Of a stretch of 64,000 nucleotides of DNA, positions 9,736-20,648 are shown in pieces (within the stretch, counting starts at the first letter, position 1; each line of letters begins with the position of its first letter). The stretch comes from a bacterium. GTDB lineage: Bacteria; Zhuqueibacterota; Zhuqueibacteria; Residuimicrobiales; Krinioviventaceae. The stretch is from contig CAXXMD010000002.1 of assembly GCA_963675755.2 (NCBI GenBank), forward strand, positions 384,001 to 448,000. The letters run 5' to 3'. The position numbers were made by a program, and so were the translations under genes. The notes under the pieces are model-generated. The model was not told where the DNA came from. It saw nothing but the letters and a program-made list of their open reading frames with translations, and searched no databases.

Positions 9736-11290
9736 TACATTTTTTGTTCTGATTTTATTTGGGACATTGATCTTTTTAGCTTGTTCGAAACCTGAAATTG
9801 ACAATGTCCCAATGGATCAGATTGTAGCTCAAGTTGGAGATCAATACATAACTGTTGATCAGTTTCGAATCAGTTATGAACAAAGTTTTCCGATCATGCG
9901 GCAAGGTGAAAAAAAGCCCCGATATGTTTACCTGGACCACATGATCAATGAATTGTTACTGGCTTCAAATGGTTTTGATGAAGGTTATGATAAATCGTCA
10001 TATGTAACCAGTCGAATGAATAGAAGGCAATACCAAGATTTGTTAGAATCTTTTTATACTAAATATGTTTATAGTCGGGTTAAAATACCTGAAGATGAGT
10101 TGCAGGAAGCAACTCAAAAGGGAAGTGTTAAATTTAGGCTAATGTTTTGGCCTACTCCATCTTTGGATGAAGCTAAAAAAGCATATGAGCAAGCAGTAAA
10201 AAGTGATTTGGAAAATTTTATTGATAATGAACTTGCAAAACAGGAAACAAAACTTCAGTTTAAAGAATTTTTTCAAACCGATTGGATTGATTTTTTAGAA
10301 TTACCTCCTAGAATTTTTGATCAATTGGCAGATTTGGAAATTGGTGTTCCTTCTCAACCTATACCCCTTGGTAACGGCTATGCATTGTTTCAGGTTATGG
10401 ATGTTAACTATGAAGGATTGACAACTGAAGAAGTGAAACACGGTATTAAACGTAAAAGAATGGAAAAACGTTTAAAAAATATTGAAACAGATCGTATTGC
10501 ACATGCAGTTATGGATTCAGTGTTAACTCCAATGGACATTCGTGTTAGGGGCCCAGTAGTTAATCAAATTGCCCCATTACTATATCAATGGTTTCAAGAT
10601 GGTTTGCCCAAAAGTAAATCGTTGCTTGAGCATGTTACTACTCCTGACGATACAGCAAAACAATATATTTTTGATTTAAAAGAATTATTGGATGAAGCTT
10701 TGGTAACTACAAAATCTGGAATTAAAACTGTTTCTGATCTTTTGGATTATACAAATTATTACCGAAGTTCACTAAACCGTCCAATGGAATATGATTTATT
10801 CAGAGAGATGTTAATTACTCAAATTGGAACAATGGTAAAAAATGATGCATTTGTCAATATTGCAAAAAATGAAGGTTATCTTGATTCAATAAATGTTCAT
10901 CAGGATTTGAGAATTTGGCGTGACAAATGGACATTTGATATTTCACGTTATGAAATAATTAAAAATTATAATGTTACAGATGAAGAAATGAAAGAATATT
11001 TTAAAAACCGTTATACTGAATTGGGAATTGCAGATGTTGATACTACTCGGTTTTATAAATATGAAAATGAAATATATAATCGAATTTTGCATGAAAAGCA
11101 TTTAGCGGAAATAAATGACAAACTTGTAAAGTTTAAAAAACAATATCCTATAGTAATTCATTATAATGTTTTAGACACATTAAACCTGAATGAAGGGAAA
11201 AAAGAAAAATTTCCATTTTTCCTAAGAAATAATTTTTCAGGTGAAGCTGTTGCACCTACAGTTGATTTAAAATGGTTATACTATAATTAG
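9710..11290 (+). CDS. Lipoprotein, SurA/PrsA-like chaperone with degenerate parvulin domain
   Basis: Lipobox LIFLAC; IVAQVGDQYITVDQF; LEIGVPSQPI..GNGYALFQV. Start uncertain (GTG 9710 or TTG 9719), overlapping the upstream gene. Confidence 0.65.
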   Translation: MVNLRLSSNTFFVLILFGTLIFLACSKPEIDNVPMDQIVAQVGDQYITVDQFRISYEQSFPIMRQGEKKPRYVYLDHMINELLLASNGFDEGYDKSSYVTSRMNRRQYQDLLESFYTKYVYSRVKIPEDELQEATQKGSVKFRLMFWPTPSLDEAKKAYEQAVKSDLENFIDNELAKQETKLQFKEFFQTDWIDFLELPPRIFDQLADLEIGVPSQPIPLGNGYALFQVMDVNYEGLTTEEVKHGIKRKRMEKRLKNIETDRIAHAVMDSVLTPMDIRVRGPVVNQIAPLLYQWFQDGLPKSKSLLEHVTTPDDTAKQYIFDLKELLDEALVTTKSGIKTVSDLLDYTNYYRSSLNRPMEYDLFREMLITQIGTMVKNDAFVNIAKNEGYLDSINVHQDLRIWRDKWTFDISRYEIIKNYNVTDEEMKEYFKNRYTELGIADVDTTRFYKYENEIYNRILHEKHLAEINDKLVKFKKQYPIVIHYNVLDTLNLNEGKKEKFPFFLRNNFSGEAVAPTVDLKWLYYN

Positions 11291-11342
11291 AGTTACCACC
11301 TAATAAATAAACCAGTCACAATCACTTAATTAAGGAGGAACC

Positions 11343-13433
11343 ATGATGAAACACTTGGCTATTGTTCTTGTACTGTTGAGCATGTGTGCATTCAGTACAG
11401 CAGTTTTCGCCGATTATATGATTATGGATGGCGATAGCTCAGATTGGGCTATGGATCCAATTCAAATCGTTGGTGAAGACAATGTTGACGGCTTGTTCCC
11501 GGCAGAAGTCGGTGCAGCAATTACGGACAATGTTGATGTTAAACATGTTCGTGCAAAAATCGTTGACAACGTTGCTTACACTTTTATTCGTTTTCAAGGC
11601 GGCCCAGCTTGGCCAAATGAAGCTGACAAAGGCGAATATGAAGGTGTTCCAGTGCAACGTTCACGTGGTTATTATCATCTGATGTTGGACCTTGATAATG
11701 ATCCTTCAACCGGTTGGAATTCCGGTTACTATGAAGCTCATTATACCCCGGTTGGTTATCTTGAAAGCCAGGGCGTTGAAGGCCAGGAACATATTGGTGC
11801 TGAAGCTGTAATTGGTACAGGTTTCTATACATACCGCAGTGCTCCACATCCGGACAGTGCTGGTATTAAAAACTCTGGTATCAAATCTGTAAGTTATTTT
11901 GCAGCTGATGTTTCTGAATATGATGCTGTTTCAGATGGTGGTACTGATTATGAAATTTTCGATACTGAAATCAATGACCCCGACTCTGCTAAATCATTTC
12001 AGTGGAGTGGTGCATTACAGATCGGAAGTAGTGATCTTGAAGGTCTTGCAGAAGACAAATACTACCATATGGCCCATGCTTGGGGCGAAGACTGGATCGA
12101 GTTTGCAATGGAATTGACTCCATTGAAACAATGGTTTGCAAGCAAAGGCATGAGTTATTTCCAGGAAGGTGATGTTATTGGTATCACTGCAATGATTGAA
12201 ACTCCTGCTGATGATTGGGGTACTGATATCCCGACACGTGGCGAAATGGTTTGTCCTGCAATGCCTATGCGTCCAAATGCTATCACTTTTGATGGTGATG
12301 ATTCTGATTGGGCTGGTATGGAGCCAATTATTACTGCTATTGACAATGTTGATGGTCTGTATCCTGCAGAAGTTGGTGCAGCTGTTACTGATAATGTTGA
12401 TATCAAAGAAGTTAAAGCTTTTTACCAGACTGACACTGAAGTATTGTATTGGAATCTGAAAATGTGGGGCGGTCCTGTATGGCCCAACGAAGCTGATAAA
12501 GGCGAATACGAAGGTGTTCCAGTTCAGCGTTCACGTGGTTATTACCATGTATTGTTAGATTTTGATAACGATCCTACTACTGGTTGGAATTCTCATTACT
12601 ATGAAGGTCACTATACTCCGGTTGGTTACCTTGCAAGCCAGGGTGCTGAAGATACAGATCCTATCGGTTCAGAACTTTGGGTAGAATTTGGTGCACGTAC
12701 TTATAAATCTGCTCCTCACCCAGACAGTGCTGGTATCAAAAATTCAGGTGTTGCTGCTGTTAACTGGTGGTTAGCTGATTGGTCACAATATGTTGGTGAA
12801 AATGATGGTGGTACCACCTGGGAATTCACTGATGCTGATGTTACTGATCCTGATTCTGCTGCTGCAATGAAATACGATGGCTACCTTGCAAATGGTGGTG
12901 ATTTTGAAACAGGTAAAGTATTCTGGAATGCACATGCTTGGGGCGACGACTTTATTGAAGTTGGTACAAGTATGAGTATTGCTAAAATGTGGTGGATGGA
13001 ACAATATAGCCAGGAAGTATTGAAACCTGGTGATGTTGTTGGTATTGCTGGTTTTAATGAAACTCCTGCTGATGACTGGGGTTGTGATATGACTGCACGT
13101 GGCGAAATTGTAATTGCTGAAGCTACTGGCATTGCCGATGGTGCAGCTGTTGTTGAAGGTTACAAATTGAGTGACAACTATCCAAACCCATTCAACCCAA
13201 CTACTTCTATTAGCTATACTGTTCCACAATCTGCTGACGTAAGTATTGAAATTTTCAATACTTTGGGTCAAAAAATCCGTACTTTGGTTGATGGCAAAAT
13301 GGCTGCTGGCGAACATACTGTTTCTTGGAATGGTATGAACGATGCTGGTCAATCTGTATCCAGTGGTATCTATTTTTACCGCATGGTTTCAGATCAAATG
13401 ACTGTTACCAAAAATATGGTTCTCTTGAAATAA
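11343..13433 (+). CDS. Secreted protein with two ~288-aa tandem DOMON/CBM9-like repeats and a canonical CTD
   Basis: Strong RBS AAGGAGG; signal peptide; repeats begin DGD.SDW and contain LD.DNDP.TGW; C-terminus YPNPFNPTT...VSSGIYFY..TKNMVLLK. Confidence 0.75.
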   Translation: MMKHLAIVLVLLSMCAFSTAVFADYMIMDGDSSDWAMDPIQIVGEDNVDGLFPAEVGAAITDNVDVKHVRAKIVDNVAYTFIRFQGGPAWPNEADKGEYEGVPVQRSRGYYHLMLDLDNDPSTGWNSGYYEAHYTPVGYLESQGVEGQEHIGAEAVIGTGFYTYRSAPHPDSAGIKNSGIKSVSYFAADVSEYDAVSDGGTDYEIFDTEINDPDSAKSFQWSGALQIGSSDLEGLAEDKYYHMAHAWGEDWIEFAMELTPLKQWFASKGMSYFQEGDVIGITAMIETPADDWGTDIPTRGEMVCPAMPMRPNAITFDGDDSDWAGMEPIITAIDNVDGLYPAEVGAAVTDNVDIKEVKAFYQTDTEVLYWNLKMWGGPVWPNEADKGEYEGVPVQRSRGYYHVLLDFDNDPTTGWNSHYYEGHYTPVGYLASQGAEDTDPIGSELWVEFGARTYKSAPHPDSAGIKNSGVAAVNWWLADWSQYVGENDGGTTWEFTDADVTDPDSAAAMKYDGYLANGGDFETGKVFWNAHAWGDDFIEVGTSMSIAKMWWMEQYSQEVLKPGDVVGIAGFNETPADDWGCDMTARGEIVIAEATGIADGAAVVEGYKLSDNYPNPFNPTTSISYTVPQSADVSIEIFNTLGQKIRTLVDGKMAAGEHTVSWNGMNDAGQSVSSGIYFYRMVSDQMTVTKNMVLLK
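11427..13106 (+). repeat. Intragenic tandem duplication, period ~860 nt (11427-12245 and 12291-13106)
   Basis: Identical peptides in both units, e.g. WPNEADKGEYEGVPVQRSRGYYH, SAPHPDSAGIKNSG, ETPADDWG. Confidence 0.95.
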
Positions 13434-13453
13434 TCATTATTTCTGATTATATT

Positions 13454-13491
13454 AGATGGGATTGTCATTCCGACAGTCCCATCTTTTTTTT
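13454..13491 (+). terminator. Intrinsic terminator
   Basis: AGATGGGATTGTC-ATTCC-GACAGTCCCATCT followed by a T-run. Confidence 0.85.
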
Positions 13492-13512
13492 ATGTTAAAC
13501 AGGATAGGTGAA

Positions 13513-14922
13513 ATGCTCAAATTGAAACTCTTTTTATTGTTGTCTTTTTCTATTTTAATCTTTTCTTGTTCTGAAAATTCCAATACCAATATAGCAGTCT
13601 ATGAAGGTGGTTCAATTACAATTGATGATTACGTAAATCACTTTCTTGAAAGCACCCGTTATAAACCCACTTTTATTCCTGATGAACAAAATCTTGAGGA
13701 TATTGTTCACAAATTGGCTGTTACCAAATTATCAGTAGTAGAAGGTTTTGCTACCCAAATAGATTCTGATACTGCTTTTATTGATCTTTACAATAAAAAC
13801 AATAGCAGAATATTATTTCATAAATATATGAGAAAAATGATCATCGATTCTGTTATTACAGATAGTCTCATTCAAAAATACTATGCAGAATTTTCACCAC
13901 AATACCATATGTATTATATAATGCGTCCTGTACCTAAAACATCTACTCATGAGTTTGACCAATCTCAAAAAAAAGTGATTGAACAAGTTTATTCCAAGCT
14001 TGAAAAAGGTGAGGATTTCCATAAACTTGCTGAAACTTTTTCTCAGGATATAACAACCAATAAAAAGGGTGGAGATCTAGGTTGGATTATCCGTGAATCA
14101 CTAGGTGATAAAGTTTTGCGTTCAGTTATGGATACATTAAAACAGGGAAATTATTCTGCTCCTATCAAAGGTTATGAAGGTTGGTATGTTGTATTAAAAG
14201 GTGAAATGCGTAATGTACCGGTTCCATCATTTCAAGATGCAGAAAGTAAAATTTGGAAAAGTTTATATAATACACGTAAACATATAATGCAGGAAATTCT
14301 TGATGAAAAGTTTAACAGTGTAAAAGATAAATACCAGCTTGAAATAAATTATGATAATATCAATAAAATTGTAAAATCAACAGGTTCAGATACAACAACT
14401 CCCTATAAATTTATGGACTTTTCTAATTTCCCACCTGAAAATTTTGAGATTATTTTAGCTACATTTACCGGTGGAAAAATTGTTGCTGGTGAAGTAATAC
14501 GAAGTATTAAAAAATCACCTGATAATTATAAAGATTTTCAAAAACGTTTTAAATCTTTATGTGAACAATATATAATGGCAGAATTCTCCAAAACTTTGGG
14601 TTTTGAACAAGATCCCGAAGTTGTTCAAGAGAATGAAAATTATAAACAATTAGTGATGAAAAATTTAGTATACCAAAAAAATGTTCGTGATAAAGCCATT
14701 GCCAAAGTTGATGAATTAAAGGCAGAGCTTGAAAAAACGACAAATCCTGCAGATTTATCCAAAGTGCTTAGTGCGCATCAGGTCCGTTTTGAAAATGAAT
14801 TGAATAAAGAATTTGAAGAACATTTATTTAATAAATATAATCTACAAATAGTTAAAAGTAATATTCCACGTGCTTTAAAAATTGCTGAAAAAATGAAAAA
14901 GGAACAAGAAGAGAAAAAGTGA
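13513..14922 (+). CDS. Parvulin-type peptidyl-prolyl isomerase lipoprotein (PrsA/SurA-like)
   Basis: Start moved to ATG 13513 (AGGTG RBS); lipobox LIFSC; GEDFHKLAETFSQD..TNKKGGDLGWI. Confidence 0.85.
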   Translation: MLKLKLFLLLSFSILIFSCSENSNTNIAVYEGGSITIDDYVNHFLESTRYKPTFIPDEQNLEDIVHKLAVTKLSVVEGFATQIDSDTAFIDLYNKNNSRILFHKYMRKMIIDSVITDSLIQKYYAEFSPQYHMYYIMRPVPKTSTHEFDQSQKKVIEQVYSKLEKGEDFHKLAETFSQDITTNKKGGDLGWIIRESLGDKVLRSVMDTLKQGNYSAPIKGYEGWYVVLKGEMRNVPVPSFQDAESKIWKSLYNTRKHIMQEILDEKFNSVKDKYQLEINYDNINKIVKSTGSDTTTPYKFMDFSNFPPENFEIILATFTGGKIVAGEVIRSIKKSPDNYKDFQKRFKSLCEQYIMAEFSKTLGFEQDPEVVQENENYKQLVMKNLVYQKNVRDKAIAKVDELKAELEKTTNPADLSKVLSAHQVRFENELNKEFEEHLFNKYNLQIVKSNIPRALKIAEKMKKEQEEKK

Positions 14923-14963
14923 TTGATGTTTAAAAAAGTATATTAAATCATATTGGGGGCTTT

Positions 14964-17900
14964 ATGAAAAAGTTAATTGCTTTTGTTATTATATATTTAA
15001 TATCAAGTTTATCTCTGGCTTTGGGAAAGCCAGAGATTCAATTTTCAGCGCAAAATTTTCTAGATAAAACATTACTTTCAAATAATTTTCAACATAATAA
15101 TTTTGATATAAAATCAATTGAAACCTCAACAGATTTTAAATTCCCGGTTTACATTGTACATTTGTATCCGCAGGGATTTCTGCTATTTGTGGAGGGTCAA
15201 AACCTTGACAAACCTGTCGCGTATTCTGTGAATTCAAACTGGGACCCGGATTCTAATAATCCATTTATATCCTTTTTGAAAAATGATCTCCAGTATTTTA
15301 ATTCATACTCTAACCAATTTTCAATCTCAACATTACTTGAAAATAATAATCATGTGAATGATCTTGAATCCTGGCCACCTGTGGGTTCTACATCCACTGG
15401 AGGATGGATGGAGACCACCTGGCACCAAAAAAATCCATATAATCAATTTTGTCCTATGGATACTTTTACAAATAAAAGATCCATTACAGGGTGTGTGGCA
15501 ACTGCAATGGCGCAGATTGTTCAATATCATCGTTTTATTGGAGATTTTCAACTTTCTCCGAATGATCGATATATTACCGGTTATAGAAAAATGCGTATTG
15601 ATCAGGATAGTGAAGTTCTGGATTTTAAAGATTTTTCAACATTAAATACCTTTCTTATTGACATCCATTCCTGTTATGAATCAGGTACTGATTTAACTAC
15701 TGATCAAATTGCTGCTTTGAATTTTGTTTGTGGAATACTGGTCAAAATGGATTTTACTTCAGATGTATCTGGTGCTGCACTTGCAGATGTTGATTCTGTT
15801 TTAACTTTTAAATTTGGTTATTCTTCTGCCAATTTCTCCAGCTATTCTGATGTGAGATTTTATGACCAGTTAATTGAACACATGATGAATGCATTACCTG
15901 TACCCATAAGTTTGGGGGCTCATATTGCAGTTGTTGATGGATATAATACGGATGGATTTTTTCATATGAATTTTGGATGGGGTTCGGGTACGCCTGCGCA
16001 AATCCAAGAATGCTGGTATCTGTTACCAGAAGGTATGCCATATCAATATGATAAAATTTATTCTGCTGTATTTAATATTAAACCATCATTTGCAGTAAAT
16101 TCTACATTATCAGTTAGTGACAGTCTCTTGTATTTTGATTCAACTTTGTTAAATACTGAATCAAAAATAATGAATTTTAATATTATTAATTCAGGTGATG
16201 AAGCAGTTAAAATTGATAAAATTACTGTTTCTGATTATTTTCAGATCAGTTTAGATGCTAAAACATTTTCTTCTCAAATTAGCGAGTTTTCAATTCCTCC
16301 TTTACATAATATAGAATTAAATGTACGCTGTATACCTGATAGCTTTGGTCTTTTTGAGGGGAAAATTGAAATATTATCAACTGAAAATAATTTAAAGCGA
16401 TATAAAACTGTTGATCTTGCTTGTTATGGAGTCCCCGACAATAGAAATGTAATTTTTGCTGGTAATATTAATGGTGTTTGGGAAAAGGACTCTCATCAAT
16501 ATATTATTGGAGATCTTGATATAATCACCGGAGATTCATTGATTATTGAACCGGGAGTTAAAGTTGAATTTCAAGGTCCATATAATATAAATGTTGGTTC
16601 TAATGCAAAGCTCATTGCCAGAGGTGCCGCATTGGATACCATTAAATTTTTCTCAGAGAATGTACAAATAGGATGGAAGGGGATAAATTTACTTTCTTCT
16701 GCTGATGATGATAGTTTTTTCTATTGTGATTTTCAATTCTCAAAGAATACAGGTGAAAATGGTGGTGCGTTTCAACTTGATTCTACCGATGCTTTTTTCA
16801 GCAATTGTAATTTTAAAAATAATACTGCTGAAAATGGTGGTGCAGTTTATTGCAGTTATTCTAAACCTGAATTTTATCAATGTTCATTCATTAATAATAC
16901 AGCCAGATTAGGTGGCGCGCTTTATTCAGTGGTTTCAAATATTAAAATTCAACAAACATTAATTTGTAATAATTCAGTTACAATTAATGGAGGTGGTATC
17001 TTTTCTTATGACTCGGATTTATCTTTAATAAATGTTACCATTTCTCACAATAATGCAATTCAAAGAGGTGGGGGATTAACTATAGATGGTGGAGAAAAAA
17101 TATTTATAAATAATACTATTTTATATAGTAACAATGCCTCAAATTTGGGGCACAATCTTTATCTCCTCGATAATCATTGGAATAGCACTGTTATTGAATT
17201 TGCTTTTTGCAATATTGACCGGCATTCTGAATCTTCATTTTATGATTTTACCTATTCTAATAATATGATTATGAAATGGAATTATGGTAATATTGATGTT
17301 GATCCGTTATTTGTAAACCCGGATAATCATGATTATCATTTACAACCAATTTCTAAATGTATAGATGCCGGTAATCCTTCAATTGATGTAGGATTTGAGC
17401 CCTTTCCACACGGTTATTGTACGAATCTTGGTGCTTATGGGAGAACAGATCAGGCAGCAACAACTGATTCGCCTAGACTTGCCGTTGATCCTTTTCCCAT
17501 CTTGTTTGATAATGTTAATGTTGATTCATTGAATTCTTTAAAAGTTTATTTAAAAAATGGATGTAATGAAAATCTTGTTATAAATAATATTTCAAACAAT
17601 AATACAGATATTTATTCACTTTCACTACCTCAGGAATATAATGATAATGGTAAATTAACAATTCAATCAGGAAGCATTGATAGTTTGATTTTGATATTGG
17701 ATTTATCTGATTCTACTTTAACATCAGTTGATGATTCTGTTTTTGTTCAGCTTGAAAATGCGCCAGATATATCTATCCCCGTAATCTGCAATTCTTTTCT
17801 AGCTACAACAATTGATAGTGGTGATGTATCCGGTGTATGGACTCTAGAAAACAGCCCCTATATTATTAACGATTACATATTTGTTAAACAAAATGATTCT

Positions 17901-20522
17901 TTAAAAATTGAACCTGGAGTAACTGTATATTTTTCCAGCAATGCTTCTTTAAATGTTTTCGAAAATTCTAAATTAATTGCAAATGGGACAACCGGCTTGC
18001 CCATTACTTTTACTGCTATAGATAGTTCATTAGGTTGGGACGGTTTCGCTTTCCGTAATAGTGGTAATGATGATAGTCTGACATTTTGTAATATTTCTAA
18101 TATAAGATGGGATTATACCGGTCATTCTATGCTTTATTTTAAATATGGAGCAATTTCTTTTCGCAACTCTAAACCCTTTATTTCTCATTGTAATTTTTTT
18201 AAAATTAATTCAGATTATTTGGGCGTTTTTTACAACAATCAGGATTCATTATCATTAAATTATTGTAGTATTTATGAAAATTTTTCTACCGGGCAGTTAT
18301 TTGACAACAAGTATTCTCAATTGATTTGTAATCATGTTTTAATATACAAGAATTCTGTTCAAACGGTTTTTTATAATCATACAGGTGATCTGCTGTTAAA
18401 TAATTGTGTAATTTCAAATAATATTGGTGAAGGAGCATATAACGATTTCTCACAAACATTGAATTATAATTCAATTGATATCAAAAATTCTATCATTTGG
18501 AATAATTTTGAATTACCTATTATTAATCCGGGTAATCGTGATACTGTTTTAGTAGAATATTCGTGTGTTGATACCAGTTTCTCTGAATGGATTCTTATAC
18601 CTGTTCAATATCAACCAAAAAGCAGAAACATAGTTTGGGGAAAGGGGAATGTTTTCACAAATCCTTTATTTGTTGATTCTGAATATAACGACTTTCGCTT
18701 AATGCCTGATTCTCCTTGTATAGATGGTGGAGATCCTGCAGATAATCACGGTAATGAACCTTTTCCTCATGGTTACAGAATAAATATGGGATTTTGGGGT
18801 GGGACCGAATATGCAATCAAAACTCAAGGTCCTTTACTCACTGCCGCTCCTGACCCAATACATTTTAATCGAGTTGATCCTTCTTGTGAACACCAAAAAA
18901 ATCTATATTTGAAAAATGGCAGCGAGTATGATATACAAATCACTGATCTGGCACTTTTAGATACAACTTTTTTTCAATTAACTGATGACTTGGGCAGTAG
19001 TGATTTTTCAACAAATTTCACTTTACATTCCGGTGATATTGATAGTTTTTCAATATTGTTTAATTCTATGGATGAATCTGAATTTAGTTGTTCAAGTGAA
19101 ATTTACCTTAGTTCAGTTGAATGTGGTAATGATACAATAGACCTTTTAGCCGAAACTTTGATTGGTAGTAAAATATCAAATAAATATGTTTCTGGTATAT
19201 GGACGCAGGAAAATTCTCCTTACAATATATTAACTGATATTGAAATACCTGACAGCTTGAAATTGGTAATAGAACCTGGAGTAATTATCAAATTTTTGGG
19301 ACCAATTTCACTGATAATTAATAAAGATTCTCAATTTTTAGCCAAAGGTAAACCTGATAATAATATAATCTTTTTGCAGACTGATTCATTGATTCAAAAA
19401 AATTGCTTTAAATTTTTAAACAGTGGTGTTGATGATACACTTGAATATTGTACTTTTAAAAATTTTGCATATAATGCTCCACAATACAATGCTCTTTTTT
19501 ATTTATATCAAACTGGTGCCGTTTTTAAAAATGTTGATTTTTACAACAATTACAGTAATACATCAACAGGTTTAATTTGTTGTGATAAATCTGATGCCAT
19601 CTTTTTGAATTGCAAGTTTATTGATAATAAATCAGAACTCAAAGGTATTATCTATGCCAATAGTGCTAATATTTTGCTGAAAAATACTCTATTTAATAAT
19701 AATTATTCCTATGAAACCGGTGGAGTAGCCTATTCAAACAATTCTAATTTTGATTTTATAAATTGTACAATATATAAAAATGGCGCCAAAGGGTTGGGTG
19801 GAGTTGTACATTGTAATTTAAAGAATAGTTTAAATTTCCAAAATTCAATTATTTGGGGTAATTTTGCTGCAAAAGGTTCATTTATCTATTCCAATGCCAC
19901 GACAGAAATAAATACAAATTTTTGTTGTATCGATTCAAGTGCAAAACTTGTAGACGCAATAGGTAGCAGTTTAGGGCAATTGAATTGGGGAGAGGGTAAT
20001 ATATATGGTGATCCACTATTTACCAATACAGAAAATAATGACTTTACATTATCTGAAAATTCTCCATGTATTGATGTTGGTGATCCCGATCTGTTGAGTA
20101 ATGATATAGAGGATCCATCTACTCCGGGGATGGCACTTAAACCAGCCATGGGAACCATTCGCAACGATATGGGAATGTATGGAGGAGATCCTAAAGCATA
20201 TATAGCAACAGGTGTAGATAAAGATGTTTCTTCTGTTCCTGAGAAATTTGCTTTAATGCAAAACTATCCCAATCCATTCAATGGGCATACAGTTATTGAA
20301 TTTCATTTACCCAAATCCGTTAACCTGCGTGTCGAAATCTTTAATACGCTTGGTCAAAAAGTTACCACATTGGCAGATACCCGTTATGATATTGGTAAAC
20401 ACAAATTGATCTGGGATGGTTCGAATGATAACGGTGTTATGGTTTCGTCAGGTATATATCTATACAGGGTAGTACTGGATGATAGTCAATCCATTATAAA
20501 ACGATTGGTGTTTTTAAAATAG
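14964..20522 (+). CDS. Peptidase C10 (SpeB/interpain-like) fused to three beta-helix/Ig-like modules and a canonical CTD
   Basis: WHQKNPYN, catalytic Cys TGCVATAMAQ, His GAHIAVVDGY, FHMNFGW; three repeats of G(V/I)W....(PY)I...L.IEPGV...(D/N)PLF...CID.G; YPNPFN CTD. Confidence 0.88.
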   Translation: MKKLIAFVIIYLISSLSLALGKPEIQFSAQNFLDKTLLSNNFQHNNFDIKSIETSTDFKFPVYIVHLYPQGFLLFVEGQNLDKPVAYSVNSNWDPDSNNPFISFLKNDLQYFNSYSNQFSISTLLENNNHVNDLESWPPVGSTSTGGWMETTWHQKNPYNQFCPMDTFTNKRSITGCVATAMAQIVQYHRFIGDFQLSPNDRYITGYRKMRIDQDSEVLDFKDFSTLNTFLIDIHSCYESGTDLTTDQIAALNFVCGILVKMDFTSDVSGAALADVDSVLTFKFGYSSANFSSYSDVRFYDQLIEHMMNALPVPISLGAHIAVVDGYNTDGFFHMNFGWGSGTPAQIQECWYLLPEGMPYQYDKIYSAVFNIKPSFAVNSTLSVSDSLLYFDSTLLNTESKIMNFNIINSGDEAVKIDKITVSDYFQISLDAKTFSSQISEFSIPPLHNIELNVRCIPDSFGLFEGKIEILSTENNLKRYKTVDLACYGVPDNRNVIFAGNINGVWEKDSHQYIIGDLDIITGDSLIIEPGVKVEFQGPYNINVGSNAKLIARGAALDTIKFFSENVQIGWKGINLLSSADDDSFFYCDFQFSKNTGENGGAFQLDSTDAFFSNCNFKNNTAENGGAVYCSYSKPEFYQCSFINNTARLGGALYSVVSNIKIQQTLICNNSVTINGGGIFSYDSDLSLINVTISHNNAIQRGGGLTIDGGEKIFINNTILYSNNASNLGHNLYLLDNHWNSTVIEFAFCNIDRHSESSFYDFTYSNNMIMKWNYGNIDVDPLFVNPDNHDYHLQPISKCIDAGNPSIDVGFEPFPHGYCTNLGAYGRTDQAATTDSPRLAVDPFPILFDNVNVDSLNSLKVYLKNGCNENLVINNISNNNTDIYSLSLPQEYNDNGKLTIQSGSIDSLILILDLSDSTLTSVDDSVFVQLENAPDISIPVICNSFLATTIDSGDVSGVWTLENSPYIINDYIFVKQNDSLKIEPGVTVYFSSNASLNVFENSKLIANGTTGLPITFTAIDSSLGWDGFAFRNSGNDDSLTFCNISNIRWDYTGHSMLYFKYGAISFRNSKPFISHCNFFKINSDYLGVFYNNQDSLSLNYCSIYENFSTGQLFDNKYSQLICNHVLIYKNSVQTVFYNHTGDLLLNNCVISNNIGEGAYNDFSQTLNYNSIDIKNSIIWNNFELPIINPGNRDTVLVEYSCVDTSFSEWILIPVQYQPKSRNIVWGKGNVFTNPLFVDSEYNDFRLMPDSPCIDGGDPADNHGNEPFPHGYRINMGFWGGTEYAIKTQGPLLTAAPDPIHFNRVDPSCEHQKNLYLKNGSEYDIQITDLALLDTTFFQLTDDLGSSDFSTNFTLHSGDIDSFSILFNSMDESEFSCSSEIYLSSVECGNDTIDLLAETLIGSKISNKYVSGIWTQENSPYNILTDIEIPDSLKLVIEPGVIIKFLGPISLIINKDSQFLAKGKPDNNIIFLQTDSLIQKNCFKFLNSGVDDTLEYCTFKNFAYNAPQYNALFYLYQTGAVFKNVDFYNNYSNTSTGLICCDKSDAIFLNCKFIDNKSELKGIIYANSANILLKNTLFNNNYSYETGGVAYSNNSNFDFINCTIYKNGAKGLGGVVHCNLKNSLNFQNSIIWGNFAAKGSFIYSNATTEINTNFCCIDSSAKLVDAIGSSLGQLNWGEGNIYGDPLFTNTENNDFTLSENSPCIDVGDPDLLSNDIEDPSTPGMALKPAMGTIRNDMGMYGGDPKAYIATGVDKDVSSVPEKFALMQNYPNPFNGHTVIEFHLPKSVNLRVEIFNTLGQKVTTLADTRYDIGKHKLIWDGSNDNGVMVSSGIYLYRVVLDDSQSIIKRLVFLK

Positions 20523-20575
20523 GTTGATAATTATAAATATTTTAACTAATTTATAAAAATAATAATCAATATTTG

Positions 20576-20612
20576 GGGTGTAATTCCAGTTTTAATTCGG
20601 AATTATTCACTC
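20576..20612. other. Intergenic hairpin between the two beta-helix paralogs
   Basis: GGGTG-TAATTCC...GGAATTA-TTCACTC inverted repeat; no clear U-tract. Confidence 0.4.
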
Positions 20613-20648
20613 TTGCAATTCAAATTCTAATACTCAAGGGGAGTGATT

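Noticed and set aside
13456-13512. N-terminal extension of the 488-aa ORF in the track
   Set aside because: It runs through the terminator hairpin; ATG 13513 has an RBS and gives a normal lipoprotein signal.
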